Below, in pieces: positions 13,388 through 26,919 of a stretch of 64,000 nucleotides of DNA. Below the pieces are notes generated by a model. The model was not told where the DNA came from. It saw only the letters and a program-made list of their open reading frames with translations, and searched no databases. Position numbers and translations under genes: made by a program. The DNA comes from Laetmonice hystrix (Eukaryota), in contig OZ249436.1 of the NCBI GenBank assembly GCA_965235115.1, positions 47,990,001-48,054,000 on the forward strand. Direction: 5' to 3'. Numbering within the stretch: the first letter of the stretch is position 1; each line of letters opens with the position of its first letter.

Positions 13388-14198
13388 TAGTCTAGGTCAC
13401 CCGACTCTCTGGCTTCGCGAGAGTCTGGGCATGTTTGTACCTTGCATTTATTCGTCGCGGGGTGGCGTGGTACCCAACTCTCTTACGCGTGGAGCCTCTT
13501 GTTAGATTTCCGGCAAATTGACCAATTAGCTACGAGCAAACAGGAAGCTGAAACCTTGTAAACGGGCCGCATATATACTGTACGCTGGCGAACAACCAAT
13601 CGGAACGACCGAGTCATTTCCGGTGTACTTTGCTTTCGGGAAATAGACTCGGATAGTAAAAGTGTAGAAATTCTACGGACATTTAACGGGAATCCGCCGG
13701 ATGTGTGGTGTGGTCTCTGATCCAACCGATTGAAAATTTAGTGCAGTCGATTCCTTCAATGGAGACTCCCTTGGAAAATGTTGAATTTCGAAGTGCGGTA
13801 CAATATCTGAGCGACAGCCTTGGTTTGCCCTTCAGCCATCGAGAGAAGCAAGTAGAGACACTCCGGACCTTGTAGCCTACTATCGCACGTGCACTGTCAT
13901 CGTGTTGGCGCTGCCATTATGGTAAAAGTCGGACTGCCGAAATCGTATTGTTACATCAAATTATATGAACCTGTTACCTGTTTGCTCATTATCAACATGT
14001 ACAGTTGGGGAAAAGGTGCACACAACACCTAAAACAGTTGGCAATCGACTGCACTAAATTTTCAATCGGCTGGATCAGAGACTACACCACACATCCGGCG
14101 GATTCTCGTTAAATGTCCGTAGAATTTCTACACTTTTACTGCCCGAGTCTAGTTCCCGAAGCAAAGTAAACCGGAAATGGCTCGGTCGTTCCGATTGG
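13388..14198 (+). mobile_element. Non-autonomous Academ(H)-like DNA transposon remnant: long inverted repeats around a RecQ-helicase N-terminal fragment
   Basis: Starts TAGTCT with a subterminal hairpin (GACTCTC..GAGAGTC). Inverted repeat of ~155 bp at 13596-13752 / 14043-14198. The spacer encodes METPLENVEFRSAVQYLSDSLGLPFSHREKQVETLRTL*..VLALP/YGKS (RecQ motif 0 plus a Walker A remnant). Confidence 0.65.
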
Positions 14199-16569
14199 CG
14201 AACAGCTTGGAGATACCAACTTGTCATGACCCTCTGCTCGAGCCGCCGAGGGTCCGGATGATCAAAACTGCCCCCCCCCCCATTCAACCCCCGGGTGATT
14301 TTATGGCAACAATTAAGTGCCGTTTTTATTTGAATCAGAATCAGAATCTTGGCCCTTGAACCTGTGAGACCATCTCTGGGAACTTTTTTATAGTTTTTTA
14401 AAACATTGCGCGGTTTAATTAGGTTGTAGGGCCTATAGCTTAGCATATATTTTTATAATATCTCCGACCAGCCCACTCGGGGCACATCGCCAATCCCTGG
14501 AAGGCATCGGAAACAACAACATTGCCTCAGATAGTGTGAACGCTATCTTGGCGAACAAATACTTTCCAATTTTTTTATTATGTAGCTAGTCTGTAGTGAA
14601 CCGTCTGTCACACTATCAACACAACTCGACTCTTTTATGGAGGCAACTGACGATCATCTTTATTGGTCGTCCTTACAAGAACGCCACGCCATCACCTGCA
14701 CCTATGTCAGCTATCATACATACATGTACTTCTCGTTGTGTGCTATTGTGTGTTCGTCTACACACACAGTGGTCTGCTTGGTCTCTCCTCTCAGTCTATC
14801 ATCTCTGCCTCTCCCTGCCCAACTGCCCAACTGTCCTTTTACCGTATTTCACAATTATATACTGAAGCCTTATCCAGCTACCCCGCGCACGTGTTCCTTT
14901 GAAGGTCGGTCCATATCTCGTATATCGGCACCGACCATAGTGGGCCAATTACACTCGTATAATCCGTGGTGGCTTATTGTCGCTTCTGATAACCGAGGCT
15001 TTTCTAATCATTCACAGTTCAAAATTAATATTTGTAGCATACAACATATTGGTGCTTGACGTGGCTATCATTACATGGCTTATATTTCCTCCTTCTATTA
15101 CAGGTTACTTCATTACTACTTTGTTCTCTTATCGTCACTAATTCTCACTTGGGGTCATATAGATTGTTCATTGTCCGACGTGAGTGTAGTATAGATAGGC
15201 GGGATTATATGTCTCTCTGATAGTGGCTAAAGCCTTAGTGATTTCCGTTTATTGCCTGTCGGGTTATATCTGTATTTAGGGCATATAGTATGTTTATGTA
15301 GTAGATAGGCGGGATTATATATCTCCCTAATGGTATATAGTACATTCATATATTTGCCGCAGTGGGTTATCTTTACTAGTTATATATAACACAACCCGTG
15401 TACAGGTTGTTGTGTTACACGTCCTATCTTCCACTGACTGAAAGTAAAGTGAGATGTCGTGCTCGTTTGTAGGCTTCATTAATAGTCCCCTTTCGTATTT
15501 CTATTCTACTGGACGGCACTAAATTACTTTCTCAACAACATTTAACGGCCGAGCGGGTAAAGACGCGGAACCGCTGATCGACAGGGTGTACATATTTCAG
15601 TTCACTCACTTCCCTTGTCTCGTAGCTTTACCGTCCGGTTTATCGGGCGTACCGGACCGTAACAGATGAGACAACAACGGCCCATTGTCTCCTCAGTCAC
15701 GATGGAAGGACACTCGGCACACCGTTCGACTGACTGACGTTATGTCTCGGCTGTACGACGAAGGTCGCCATGTTGGGGGTGGGGTGGGTGGCTAGGTCGG
15801 GATCAGTGGCCCGGATGTAGACAACAGCAAACTGAAGGCTACACGGTGCCGCCGTGCCGAAAATGGAAAACTCCCCACTTAATTAGCCTGGGTCGGACTT
15901 TACAGAGTTAGAATATCTGGTTTGCTCGCAGGTGAAGAAGAGACTGCTTTGCCTCTACGGTAGACAATTCGAGAAGGATAGGTATGTTGAGAAATTAGAT
16001 TAGAACTACGTGCATGTGCGTAGGGGGAAATTCGACTATTTACTGTTCATCTATACATCCGCGATGCCGCTTTACACGACTTTGCCCAAATCCTGAGGAA
16101 ATGGCCGCTTCATACATCCGAAGCCTGGATCGCCTCCGCATATGACCTAGAAACAGCTAATCAGAAGCAGAGTCGGTGTTCCGAGTGGGTGGAAGGACAT
16201 TCGGAACGGTGAAATGACGCCACGTATCGTTTTACGGCAATTCTTCGCCTCAAGACAGCCCACAGTCGTCACTTGACGGAATTACCCTCTCAAATTCAAA
16301 TGTCAGATCAGCGTCGACGGGATAATGGCTATTTAAATCGATCGTCAGTTTCAAATGAAAACCAGGGAGACCATGTGCATCCTTTGAACTCGTTTGGCAC
16401 TACAGATTATCTCAAACGCATCTTAGACACACGATGGTAGTGATAGATAGGAACAGGTTTATATTTTATGTATACCTTGTCTTCTGCTGCCTTTAACACC
16501 GCAAATGAGCAAACCCTTTGAAGAATTCATCAGCCACGGCACGGTGGATCACTTGCAGCACACAGACAA

Positions 16570-17720
16570 AGGATGCCCTGCATGTAGACCCGCCATCTAC
16601 TTGGATGTAAGTTAAAACCTCCGACAAGGTCCCACACCAAGGGCACAATTCAGACTCAAAGCACGTGGTATGGCACTGGTTGGGTAGGAGCTTGATTGAG
16701 AGAACAACATGTAGTCAAGGGATGCCCATCTGAATGATTGAATGCCTTGCCTGGACTACCCCAGGGTGTTTTATGACCGGCGCTGTTTTTTTTATCTAAA
16801 GAACCCTCATTGACGATGAACCAGTATAGGCGCCAAAAGGGGCGAAGGAAATGTTAGATTCTCCCAATGGTAGATCCAGTAGAAGACTTCCATAGAAACG
16901 GAGTCAAGACCAAATCCAATGTGCCCACTGCCACCCCCTCCTCCCTAACCTTCAAAGAGTTGGGGGCCATGTCTCACTTTCTTCCTACTTCAGCTGGAAA
17001 TCTATTGATATCAAACTGCTAAAGGTGTTGAACACTGGGAGGAACCTTTTACTCTCCGAGACGATTTGAGGCCTGTGTTTGACAAGACATTTTCGGAAAT
17101 TAGTAGCTTGCACGGATAAGTGGCAAATGCATTTTAGTCTTCACGAGGTATGGCATTAGCCAAGGGCCTCCTGAACTATAGGAAGAGAGATGTGTCGTGG
17201 GAATAGCCCCAAAAGCATCGTGCAAGCCATGGAGACGCCGTGGCCAATCAAGCAATGGGTTTGATCAAAAGAACCATCCTTTCTCTGGGAATGCATTTCC
17301 TGTTATTGGTTTGCATAAGCTAATGGTGTGACCACATAGCACAGGGAAGACTACCACACTGATAGCAAACATATCGTACTTGAGTTATGAAGACCGGGCC
17401 ATGGGGCTGTCATCACAAGAGTGTCAGAGACGAGGGCAGGACCTTATTGAGATCCTTGAGATCTTGCCTAGTTCTGAGGACAGCGCCATTTTTCACCATC
17501 AATATTAGTAGGAGACGTCCTTTGAAATTACGGAAGTAGGATAGAAGTAGATACTTAGTCGGGTGGTAAAATATTGGGTTCGACTACCGACAGAAGCAGT
17601 AGAAGCAGCAAACGCAAACACATTTATGGGCCATGTGGACAGGGGTTGGGGGCGGCTGAGGAGGTGGCTCTACAACAACCAATCTAGGCTTCTACTCTCG
17701 TGAACTCAATCACTGCTATC
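16570..17720 (+). mobile_element. Heavily decayed CR1-clade LINE, 3' part of the ORF2 reverse transcriptase
   Basis: Collinear motif remnants across shifting frames: IYLD (~16596), DKVPH (~16623), PQG (~16759), KWQMHF (~17119), ANQAMGLIKR (~17243), LSYEDR (~17380), DLIE (~17440), SRVVKYW..LP (~17558). Confidence 0.8.
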
Positions 17721-18165
17721 GGGGCATCATCTTACACTAGACTACACCACGATTTTCTCACGCATTTCAAAATTCTGAGCCAACCCCTTTACATTTCTGA
17801 GAAATTCTCTTACTGATCAGGAAAATACCCATACTCTAATATTTTTGTTTCGTCCTTCCGAATGTCTCAGATTCTCTCATAATACTTTATTTGTGTTTTA
17901 CTTGTTATTTATTTCTTAATTATTGATTCTTTTGTCTTCGGTTCAAGTGTAGAATTACGACATTCTTTAGTTCATGTTCTGTTTCTGTAATTTTAACACA
18001 GGTTACGTCTTTACTATTGTTTTGTGTCTGCAAGCGGTGTTTCTTCCAGACTGAAAGTAATCAGTTTCCATCTGACATGAAATCGATCATTTTGTTAGTG
18101 AGTATGTGTACGTTTATTCCCTTTTAAAGGTAAACCATCAAAGGGTGTAAAATCGGTGTTCTTAA

Positions 18166-18497
18166 AGGTGCTATTCGTCTCGCACAGAATGGCATTTCTC
18201 CTATCATACATTGTGCACATAGTACTAGAAAAAATTCCTACCGATACCATTGGCCTGATAAACCTTCTATTAGTTTGTGTGCAGCATTTGAAACCTATCT
18301 CGGTGCGCACCGAAATAGAGCCATTTCCTATGGTGGGGCGTGTCAGGGTCTCCACATTCCTTCTGAGAGAGCCCCATTTGTGCCGTTATCCATGAAAAAA
18401 TTTGATTTCCTTTGTTGTGAATCTATTTCCATGACAGGTGGGATCACATAAACGTCAACAAAATAAAAAAATTGAATTTTTTTCACGAATAGCACCT
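18166..18497. mobile_element. Kolobok-like MITE (TTAA TSD, AGG..CCT termini)
   Basis: TTAA|AGGTGCTATTCGT ... ACGAATAGCACCT|TTAA. Confidence 0.85.
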
Positions 18498-18922
18498 TTA
18501 AAACACAGTTGTTCGATACTTGGAGTCCCTAACCACAGAATATTGCCACTAATTACTTTAGTTTTGGTATACATGTATGTCCTTACGAAATGTGTAGGAA
18601 AAATCGGATATTTTCCATTGAATTCCACTCGTCTTTTATCGGGTTAGTCACAGGAAAACGATGACATATGTGCCTAATTTAGGGTATCAGAGGAATATCG
18701 CACCTGAGATATGTTGGGCAACAACCAAAGGGTCATAGAAAAGGTAGAAGAATTATTCAATACTTTCCGTACATGATCATGTTTAATCTTTCCTTTACAT
18801 GAACCTCGGATAGTTAGAATGCCATTCCCGTCTCCGTTGCGATGGTAACACGAACTACCCACAATAAATAGGGAGCCGTTTCTCCATCAACCACCCCTGG
18901 AGAAAATCGGTGGGAGATCAAC

Positions 18923-20810
18923 AGTATGAATGTCAGTAATTACCGGTACACCATTCCTGGCTTGGTACGGTGGGCATGATTACCGGTACACCATTCCTGG
19001 CTTGGTACGGTGGGTATGATTACCGGTACACCATTCCTGGCTTGGTACGGTGGGTATGATTACCGGTACACCATTCCTGGCTTGGTACGGTGGGCATGAA
19101 TGTCAGTAATTACCGGTACACCATTCCTGGCTTGGTACGGTGGGCATGATTACCGGTACACCATTCCTGGCTTGGTACGGTGGGTATGAATGTCAGTAAT
19201 TACCGGTACACCATTCCTGGCTTGGTACGGTGGGTATGAATGTCAGTAATTACCGGTACACCATTCCTGACTTGGTACGGTGGGCATGATTACCGGTACA
19301 CCATTCCTGGCTTGGTACGGTGGGCATGAATGTCAGTAATTACCGGTACACGATTCCTGGCTTGGTACGGTGGGTATGAATGTCAGTAATTACCGGTACA
19401 CGATTCCTGGCTTGGTACGGTGGGCATGAATGTCAGTAATTACCGGTACACCATTCCTGGCTTGGTACGGTGGGCATGAATGTCAGTAATTACCGGTACA
19501 CCATTCCTGGCTTGGTACAGTGGGCATGAATGTCAGTAATTACTGGTACACCATTCCTGACTTGGTACGGTGGGCATGATTACCGGTACACCATTCCTGG
19601 CTTGGTACGGTGGGCATGAATGTCAGTAATTACCGGTACACGATTCCTGGCTTGGTACGGTGGGTATGAATGTCAGTAATTACCGGTACACGATTCCTGG
19701 CTTGGTACGGTGGGCATGAATGTCAGTAATTACCGGTACACCATTCCTGGCTTGGTACGGTGGGCATGAATGTCAGTAATTACCGGTACACCATTCCTGG
19801 CTTGGTACGGTGGGCATGAATGTCAGTAATTACTGGTACACCATTCCTGGCTTGGTACGGTGGGCATGAATGTCAGTAATTACCGGTACACGATTCCTGG
19901 CTTGGTACGGTGGGCATGAATGTCAGTAATTACTGGTACACCATTCCTGGCTTGGTACGGTGGGTATGAATGTCAGTGATTACCGGTACACCATTCCTGG
20001 CTTGGTACGGTGGGCATGAATGTCAGTAATTACCGGTACACCATTCCTGGCTTGGTACGGTGGGCATGATTACCGGTACACCATTCCTGGCTTGGTACGG
20101 TGGGCATGATTACCGGTACACCATTCCTGGCTTGGTACGGTGGGTATGAATGTCAGTAATTACTGGTACACCATTCCTGGCTTGGTACGGTGGGTATGAA
20201 TGTCAGTGATTACCGGTACACCATTCCTGGCTTGGTACGGTGGGTATGAATGTCAGTAATTACCGGTACACCATTCCTGGCTTGGTACGGTGGGCATGTT
20301 TACCGGTACACCATTCCTGGCTTGGTACGGTGGGCATGAATGTCAGTAATTACCAGTACACCATTCCTGGCTTGGTACGGTGGGTATGAATGTCAGTAAT
20401 TACCGGTACACCATTCCTGGCTTGGTACAGTGGGTATGATTACCGGTACACCATTCATGGCTTGGTACGGTGGGTGTGAATGTCAGTAATTACCGGTACA
20501 CCATTCCTGGCTTGGTACGGTGGGCATGATTACCGGTACACCATTCCTGGCTTGGTACGGTGGGTATGAATGTCAGTAATTACCGGTACACCATTCCTGG
20601 CTTGGTACGGTGGGTATGAATGTCAGTAATTACCGGTACACCATTCCTGGCTTGGTACGGTGGGCATGATTACCGGTACACCATTCCTGGCTTGGTACGG
20701 TGGGTGTGAATGTCAGTAATTACCGGTACACAATTCCTGGCTTGGTACGGTGGGCATGAATGTCAGTAATTACCGGTACACTATTCCTGGCTTGGTACGG
20801 TGGGCATGAT
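18923..20810. repeat. Dimorphic 50/40-bp minisatellite, ~40 copies
   Basis: Unit TACCGGTACACCATTCCTGGCTTGGTACGGTGGG(C/T)ATGA(ATGTCAGTAA)T. Confidence 0.97.
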
Positions 20811-22644
20811 TTCTGTCGGCGGCGTGGAAAACATCAGAGGGCGTCTCTGCTCCCAGTGGAGGATGGGGGGGGGGGGGGGGGGCTAATGGGTGCTTAAGCT
20901 CCCCAGCTGACTCCATGGCATGCAGGGTTATCATTTTGCAGTGTGTCTACGGCGCACCTAAGAAGTTTTATACATACATCAAGCCCCCCCCCCCGTTGCA
21001 AAATCCTGGCTGTAGCAAATCCTGGATGTAGCCCCCCCCCCCCCCCCCCAGTTGCAAAATCCTATATCCGCCCTGGCTCCTATAAAACATCAGTCAGTGG
21101 CGTTCGTCTGTGGACGCCACGGAACCTTTTTGGACATCGCGTGTCTCTGTAATGGTACCACAGATGACGTTTGTCGCCAGGGTGCAGACTTGCTGTCATT
21201 TGCTGCCAATAGTTGCCATAGCTTGGAACGCTTTGTCCCATCTATGTCAATACTAAAGTCATTGGCCTGGTATGCTGTTATCTCCTTGGTGACGTCTGTC
21301 TCCCAGCATCCTTTAGACCCAACCCCCGCCCCCCGTAACCATGGATACACACACATTACACCCCAGGCATGACAGGGGGTTGGCGAGCATTGTGATTGTC
21401 TTCTAACAGGGGGTGGGATCTTGAAATTGTATGGTCTTTACTCTTTGCGTTGCGTGTCACCAAGTACGGGACTGAAACATCATGTTGCTCGTGCAAGTCC
21501 GGGTTATCATGGTGTCTTCCTACTGATATCATAAAATCTTGCATGATAAAACATTTGAACTGGGCTATTATTATGATCGTACACCTTTTTATAATGTTAG
21601 AAGCTTTTATTGAAATTTAAGAAAGGTAACCCTGAATTTGTTGGGGATGAAATGAGCTACCCTAGACAGTTCCTAATTTGCTGGAAAGGATTTAGTAAAC
21701 AGTACGTCTATCTCAGTCAGTTTCAGGATCGAAATCCCCCAGCCGAGAATGTTTGTACTTTTCGGCCACAGTACGTAACGGAAGTTGCAGGTCGCCAGCG
21801 CTCTAACTAGGGACTCCTCACTGTACTGTTTGGCCTGCCCTACTGTTTGACCTCAGTGTACTGTTTGGCCTCACTGTACTGATCTGTCAAGTCGAGCAAA
21901 ATCGCTTCAAAAGTATTGAAAAAAGGCCAAAACTACGGGCACCGAGTTGGTAAGTAGCACAAATGACAACCCTTGAATGTGTACGTATCGTAATTTTTGT
22001 GTGGAAAAGCTGTAAAAAGGTGTAAATCGACAGGCGGAAGTGGCAGGTCTGTCAGTCTGCTCGTTTCAGCAGCAAAAGCACGTGAGTTTGTGCCGAACGA
22101 ACATGTATACGGTATGGAAACTGGTTCAAGTACATTCGGGATTCCCTCGGGCATATGACGTCATATCTGCATATACCCTCGGGTGAAATGGGCGCCATTG
22201 GCAACCAGATACATGGCGAAATCGACCTGTGTAGCGAGGCACTGAGTGAACCGTCATATCCCATCGAGTCAGAAAGTAGTGCATTAGTGAAACCTGCTTC
22301 TTGGCATCGTATGTGCAAATATATATTTTGTGGCATGAAGGGGAACGTTTGAACTGAAAAAATCAATTACCTAATTTACCTAAATGGGCGTAATACGGTA
22401 ATTTATCAAATTATGGGAAGCAATATGGCGGCGCCCATGAACGACAGCACCACGACAGATGGTACGACCACTTGTATCATGAACATGATACTCTCGTAAT
22501 ATTGCCCACTGACTAAGCACTGCCATGCTGGCGAGAGTCCCAGCTAAATGTACCCGCGATGCAATGCTCAAAATGGCGCCTATTTCAGCCGAGGCTACTT
22601 TCGAAGATATGGCCGAGGATTCCTGAATCGTTCAAGTAGTGGCA

Positions 22645-22856
22645 TAGTCTGTTCACTCTAAGAAGAGCTCGACCTCGGCCTCATTAAAGCTATTATTTCA
22701 TTTGGGGTAATACAGAACCACGTGGAATTTGGTCATATTCTTGAATGACAGGCGGTGATGACTTGTGATACGCCAGCTGTGGGTAGACGGGAGGAGGGGG
22801 GCAGGTCAGAGCTTTAATGAGGCCGAGGTCGAGCTCTTCTTAGAGCGAACAGACTA
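22645..22856. mobile_element. MITE with ~47-bp near-perfect TIRs (TAGTCT..AGACTA termini)
   Basis: TAGTCTGTTCACTCTAAGAAGAGCTCGACCTCGGCCTCATTAAAGCT matches its reverse complement at 22810-22856 with one mismatch. Confidence 0.85.
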
Positions 22857-23404
22857 TAATGTGAGGCAGTTTGGTGGGAGGCGGTGTTCATAATGCCGCC
22901 AAGCAAGGACTACAGGTTGAATAAAAAAAACAACACAAAACTCAAAAATAGGTGATGAATCAGAGATTTTGCAAAATCAGGACAATGCAGTATAATTGGG
23001 TCAGAAAGAGTAACTCGTGTTCTTTAATTTGGTAGTTGATCCACTCAGATGTGACCAGCTATAAAGAAATATTTGCCATGTTGCAAAGCCCCCTAAAATA
23101 CTACTTCCGCCAAGTTATTATTCAGGAACATTTCGCCATAGCATGATTTCCATTTTCAGGGGCATATCCAGGGTTTCGGAAAAGGCGAGTCGGCCGACAT
23201 AGAAAGCAGGCGATCGATGGTGTAAAAAAAACGACCAAATTTAAGGGTATCCAAAAATGTAAAAGAAAGCTGAGGTGTTAAAGGGGGTCGAGATCTTCTG
23301 AACCCCCCTCCTGGATCACGTGGGAAAGTCTGTCAGTTACTTGTTGTAAGGTCTGTGGTTATCACCGGGTACTCTGGTATTCTCCACCGGTAACACTGAC
23401 CGCC

Positions 23405-24808
23405 TGTAACAACCACTTTTGTCATTTTTACCACTTTTGTCACAGGTCACCACTTTTGTCACACGAAATGCCCACTTTTGTCACAGGTCACCACTTTTGT
23501 CACAACGTCGCCCACTTGTGTCGTTCTTAAGGACATCACTTTAGTCATAATTTTTTGACCGGTTTTGTTAAACTTGTCAAGGCCAAAAAAGACAGCGTGG
23601 CAGAAATGAGATGGTTTACGGATAACGGATCCATGAAGTCAGGGGGCACATATTGCATTAGTTGATATTAAAACTTTTACTCCTTCATGAACAAACAATA
23701 ATCAAGTAAGCAAGATCTGTGTGGTAAATAGAGTAGGTGAAAGCTATGCCAGTATACGCCCTCCTTTAATAAAGTCTTGTGCTATAAATACCAGGTAGTG
23801 GTTTCTATTGTCCAGGTTTGTTTGTCACACTTCACCCCGGCGACTCTGTACGTCAGTCAGTTACAGTCAACAGTTTTACCTGTAGACAGTATGACACCGC
23901 CATACATGCTTGGTTGTACACCTTGTTTTCATTTGGACAGACAGGACGGTGGAAATGGTGTCTTGATTAATGTGAAATATGTTGTACCTGTAAAACCTTC
24001 TGATCTTTAAGTCGGTGTTCACTTATATTGCTTTGTGGTAGAGAACACACTAAAATACAGCCATGTAGTCAATTGGTTTTGGAGGTGAGATCCTAATTTG
24101 TATATAAATGACTGTAACTATGTTGACCTTGACGTTGGTTGACGACTGTCGTATGCAGAACGTCGGTGTCACGTGCCTCATTGTCCATGGTGCCCTGATT
24201 TTACCATTTTTATTAATATGTTTTAATGAAATCAACTTGCAGGAAGAAACTATGGATGGCCCCCCTACTTTTAGTGCTACAGACGAGATCTACACCTCCA
24301 GGGCTTTGGTTGTTGCCTGTAAAATGTTTTTATCTTAGTAAAACAATGTGGTTGTGTGGGACACCACTCTGGAGGTCCAGCTTGACCTCCCCACTATATA
24401 AAGCCAGGAAACCACTGGTCAAATGTACAGTGAACGGTCACGTCTGAAAGTATCGCTTAGATAGACTCGGGTCTGTCTCCCATGAACTGGCTGATGGGTC
24501 CGAAGGAGCTTGCATGGGTCCACGTTCGGTCGTAGTCTGGCAACACGTGCTGATGGTTCAAACACTGACAGTATGATGAGTCACTTAGTGTCCACCTGGA
24601 GGCGGGAGGGTGCAAGCCTGAGAAAAGTGCGACATGACTCTTCTAAAGGGATGTAGCAATACAACCCGTTCCCCGTCAGTGGGTCGATCTGTGGCACGGT
24701 TCCATATGGCGGCTATCATTGGGTTATCACGTGTTGTCTCAGACGCCAGATCTTCGAACGGTAGGATGAACGAATCTAGTCGACTAAGACCAAATTCACT
24801 TTTTCTTT

Positions 24809-24865
<57 letters not shown>

Positions 24866-24891
24866 CCTCTCGCCCTCCCCCATATCTCTCC

Positions 24892-24944
<53 letters not shown>

Positions 24945-25558
24945 TCTCTCTCTTTCTCCCTCTCTCTATTGCCCTCCCTAATCTATCTTTCCCCTCTGTC
25001 TGTCTCTGTCTGTCTGTCTGTCTCTCTCTCTATCTCTCTCACTTACATTCTATACTACCACGCACCGAAGCAGACCTGGCTGGGAGGATCCCCTTTTGTT
25101 CAAAATGAAATGAAAAAGTTGAAAATACATTTACACGCCTTCTCCGGCCTTTTCTTTTACCGGTGCCAAATTTTATAACTTGCGAGCCTACGCATTATTA
25201 GCAGCACGTTAAGCACAAATTTCACACAAAGACATCAATAACTATCCCGACATGGGAAGACTACATACATTGTACGCCGGAATCATACAAGTAGCCAGGT
25301 ATATCACAGGAGAGGGGGGGGGGGGATTTTTCAGTCGAAAACTAGGTTATTAGGAAGAAGTGTTCGGTGTGACAAAAGTGGGCACAGTGCATGGTGCATG
25401 ACAGTCCGAAAATTATGAATAAAGTGGTGCCCTCGAGAACGACAAAAGTGGGATATTTTGGGACAAAAGTGGTGACCTGTGACAAAGGTGGGCATTGTGT
25501 GCGACAAAAGTGGTGACCTGTGACAAAAGTGGTAAAAATGACAAAAGTGGTTGCTACA
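23405..25558. mobile_element. 2.15-kb non-autonomous TIR element (TGT..ACA termini, iterated CCACTTTTGTC subterminal motifs, ~6-bp TSD; Ginger-like by inference)
   Basis: About 120-bp TIRs at 23405-23526 / 25437-25558. Flanks are ACCGCC (23399-23404) and ACTGCC (25559-25564). Confidence 0.8.
24811..25040. repeat. (CT)n / (CTGT)n microsatellite
   Basis: Long CT dinucleotide runs inside the 23405-25558 element. Confidence 0.95.
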
Positions 25559-25624
25559 ACTGCCTCGTTATGACTGTGGTTGTTGAGGAGGCGTCAAACC
25601 CCCAAACCAAAACCAAAACTGTAG

Positions 25625-26062
25625 TTACAGGTAATGTGAGTAGATAATTACAGGTAATGTGAGTAGATAATTACAGGTAATGTGAGTAGATAATTACAGG
25701 TAATCACTGGCGGATCCAGGATTTCACTAAAGGGGGGGGGGCATAGAAAAGTAATTCATGATTGTTTGCATTTCTAATTAAAGCTGAATGCTCTTGAATA
25801 GGAGTTTTAGAGGTACAGGCCTACATAATAGCTCAGGGTTTCCCTGAAATACACCGTCAATGTTAAAATTATTTTTAAAATGAGTAGGCTATAGCCGTGT
25901 ATAGGCCTAGAATCTATAATAAGTGAAGCTAAACTGGGGGGGGGGGCACGTGCCCCCTGTTCCCCCTTTTGGATCCGCCTGTGATGTGAGTAGATAATTA
26001 CAGGTAATGTGAGTAGATGATTACAGGTAATGTGAGTAGATGATTACAGGTAATGTGAATAG
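25625..26062. repeat. 23-bp minisatellite interrupted by a MITE
   Basis: Unit TTACAGGTAATGTGAGTAGATAA. Confidence 0.9.
25705..25983. mobile_element. MITE with CAC..GTG termini and a 2-bp (AT) TSD, CACTA/EnSpm-like, inserted in a 23-bp minisatellite
   Basis: TIRs CACTGGCGGATCCA / TGGATCCGCCTGTG. The host unit GGTAATGTGAG becomes GGTAAT[element]ATGTGAG. Confidence 0.8.
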
Positions 26063-26157
26063 ACTTACGTGCATCACACTGAATGTAACTGAATCTCTTT
26101 AATTGAATGACGGGAGACAATTATCTGTGATAATTACATGTCATATGGCGGAGTGAC

Positions 26158-26195
26158 GCAACAAACACACTCAAGCTTTTGCCATAATCTTTAAT
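26158..26195 (-). promoter_or_regulatory. Candidate polyadenylation signal of the receptor 3' UTR
   Basis: ATTAAA on the minus strand (26195-26190), followed ~20 nt downstream by GT-rich GTGTGTTTGTTG; repeats resume shortly after. Implies a 3' UTR of about 0.75 kb. Confidence 0.35.
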
Positions 26196-26919
26196 AATAT
26201 GACCTTGATTTGTAACAAACAAAAACAATAGTATACCGTAATAATATACAACATGACATCTCACAAAAATTCAACATGCATCCTGGAAACTTCTAAATCT
26301 TATACTTGTCACGTTTTCCCCGCTGTCAGCGGACTCCATCCACAGTGTGTTATACTTATCGTACCCGTAACGTCAAACAAAGGTTGCCATGGTATCAGCG
26401 CCATGCAGGGACTTTCACGTGCTACATTCATGCCAGACACACACGCTGGTAGAATTTCAATCATGAATCCATAAATTGGAGTTCTCCTTTCTGTATACTT
26501 GGAGGTTGATAACGATGTCACCCAAAAGACATATATGTCGCGGGTAATGGTGTCTGTCGCTCTGGGGGGAAATTGAGAGGCCACTTCACTGCTAGCACAC
26601 GCGTACCACAAGGCCGGTCTTGTACGTTGACAACAAACAAAACGCTGAAAACTTGGCACCTTCCTGACTTGAACGATACATATTTTTGATATCGTACTAT
26701 AGTTCCTTTTGCACATGATAATCCACAAAACGATATGACCGGAATTGACGGTATTTCACATACACGTACGTGTTGATGTTTGTAATTCCATGTGGCAAGT
26801 CTTTCTGTTCGCCTGTACAACAATCATAACGTTCTCCTTTGTTGTATTTCTCTTTTCTCCATTGTCTTAAGCAGATCCTGTAAGCGAACTGCACCAACTG
26901 CACCCAGAGTACCAACCGA

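Larger units (their letters stand above)
23317..25618 (+). mobile_element. SINE-like repeat split by the 23405-25558 insertion
   Basis: CACGTGGGAAAGTCTGTCAGTTACTTG..GGGTACTCTGGTATTCTCCACC..CTGACCGCC continues after the insertion as TCGTTATGAC..GGCGTCAAACCCCCAAACCAAAACC, ending in a simple-repeat tail. Confidence 0.55.
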
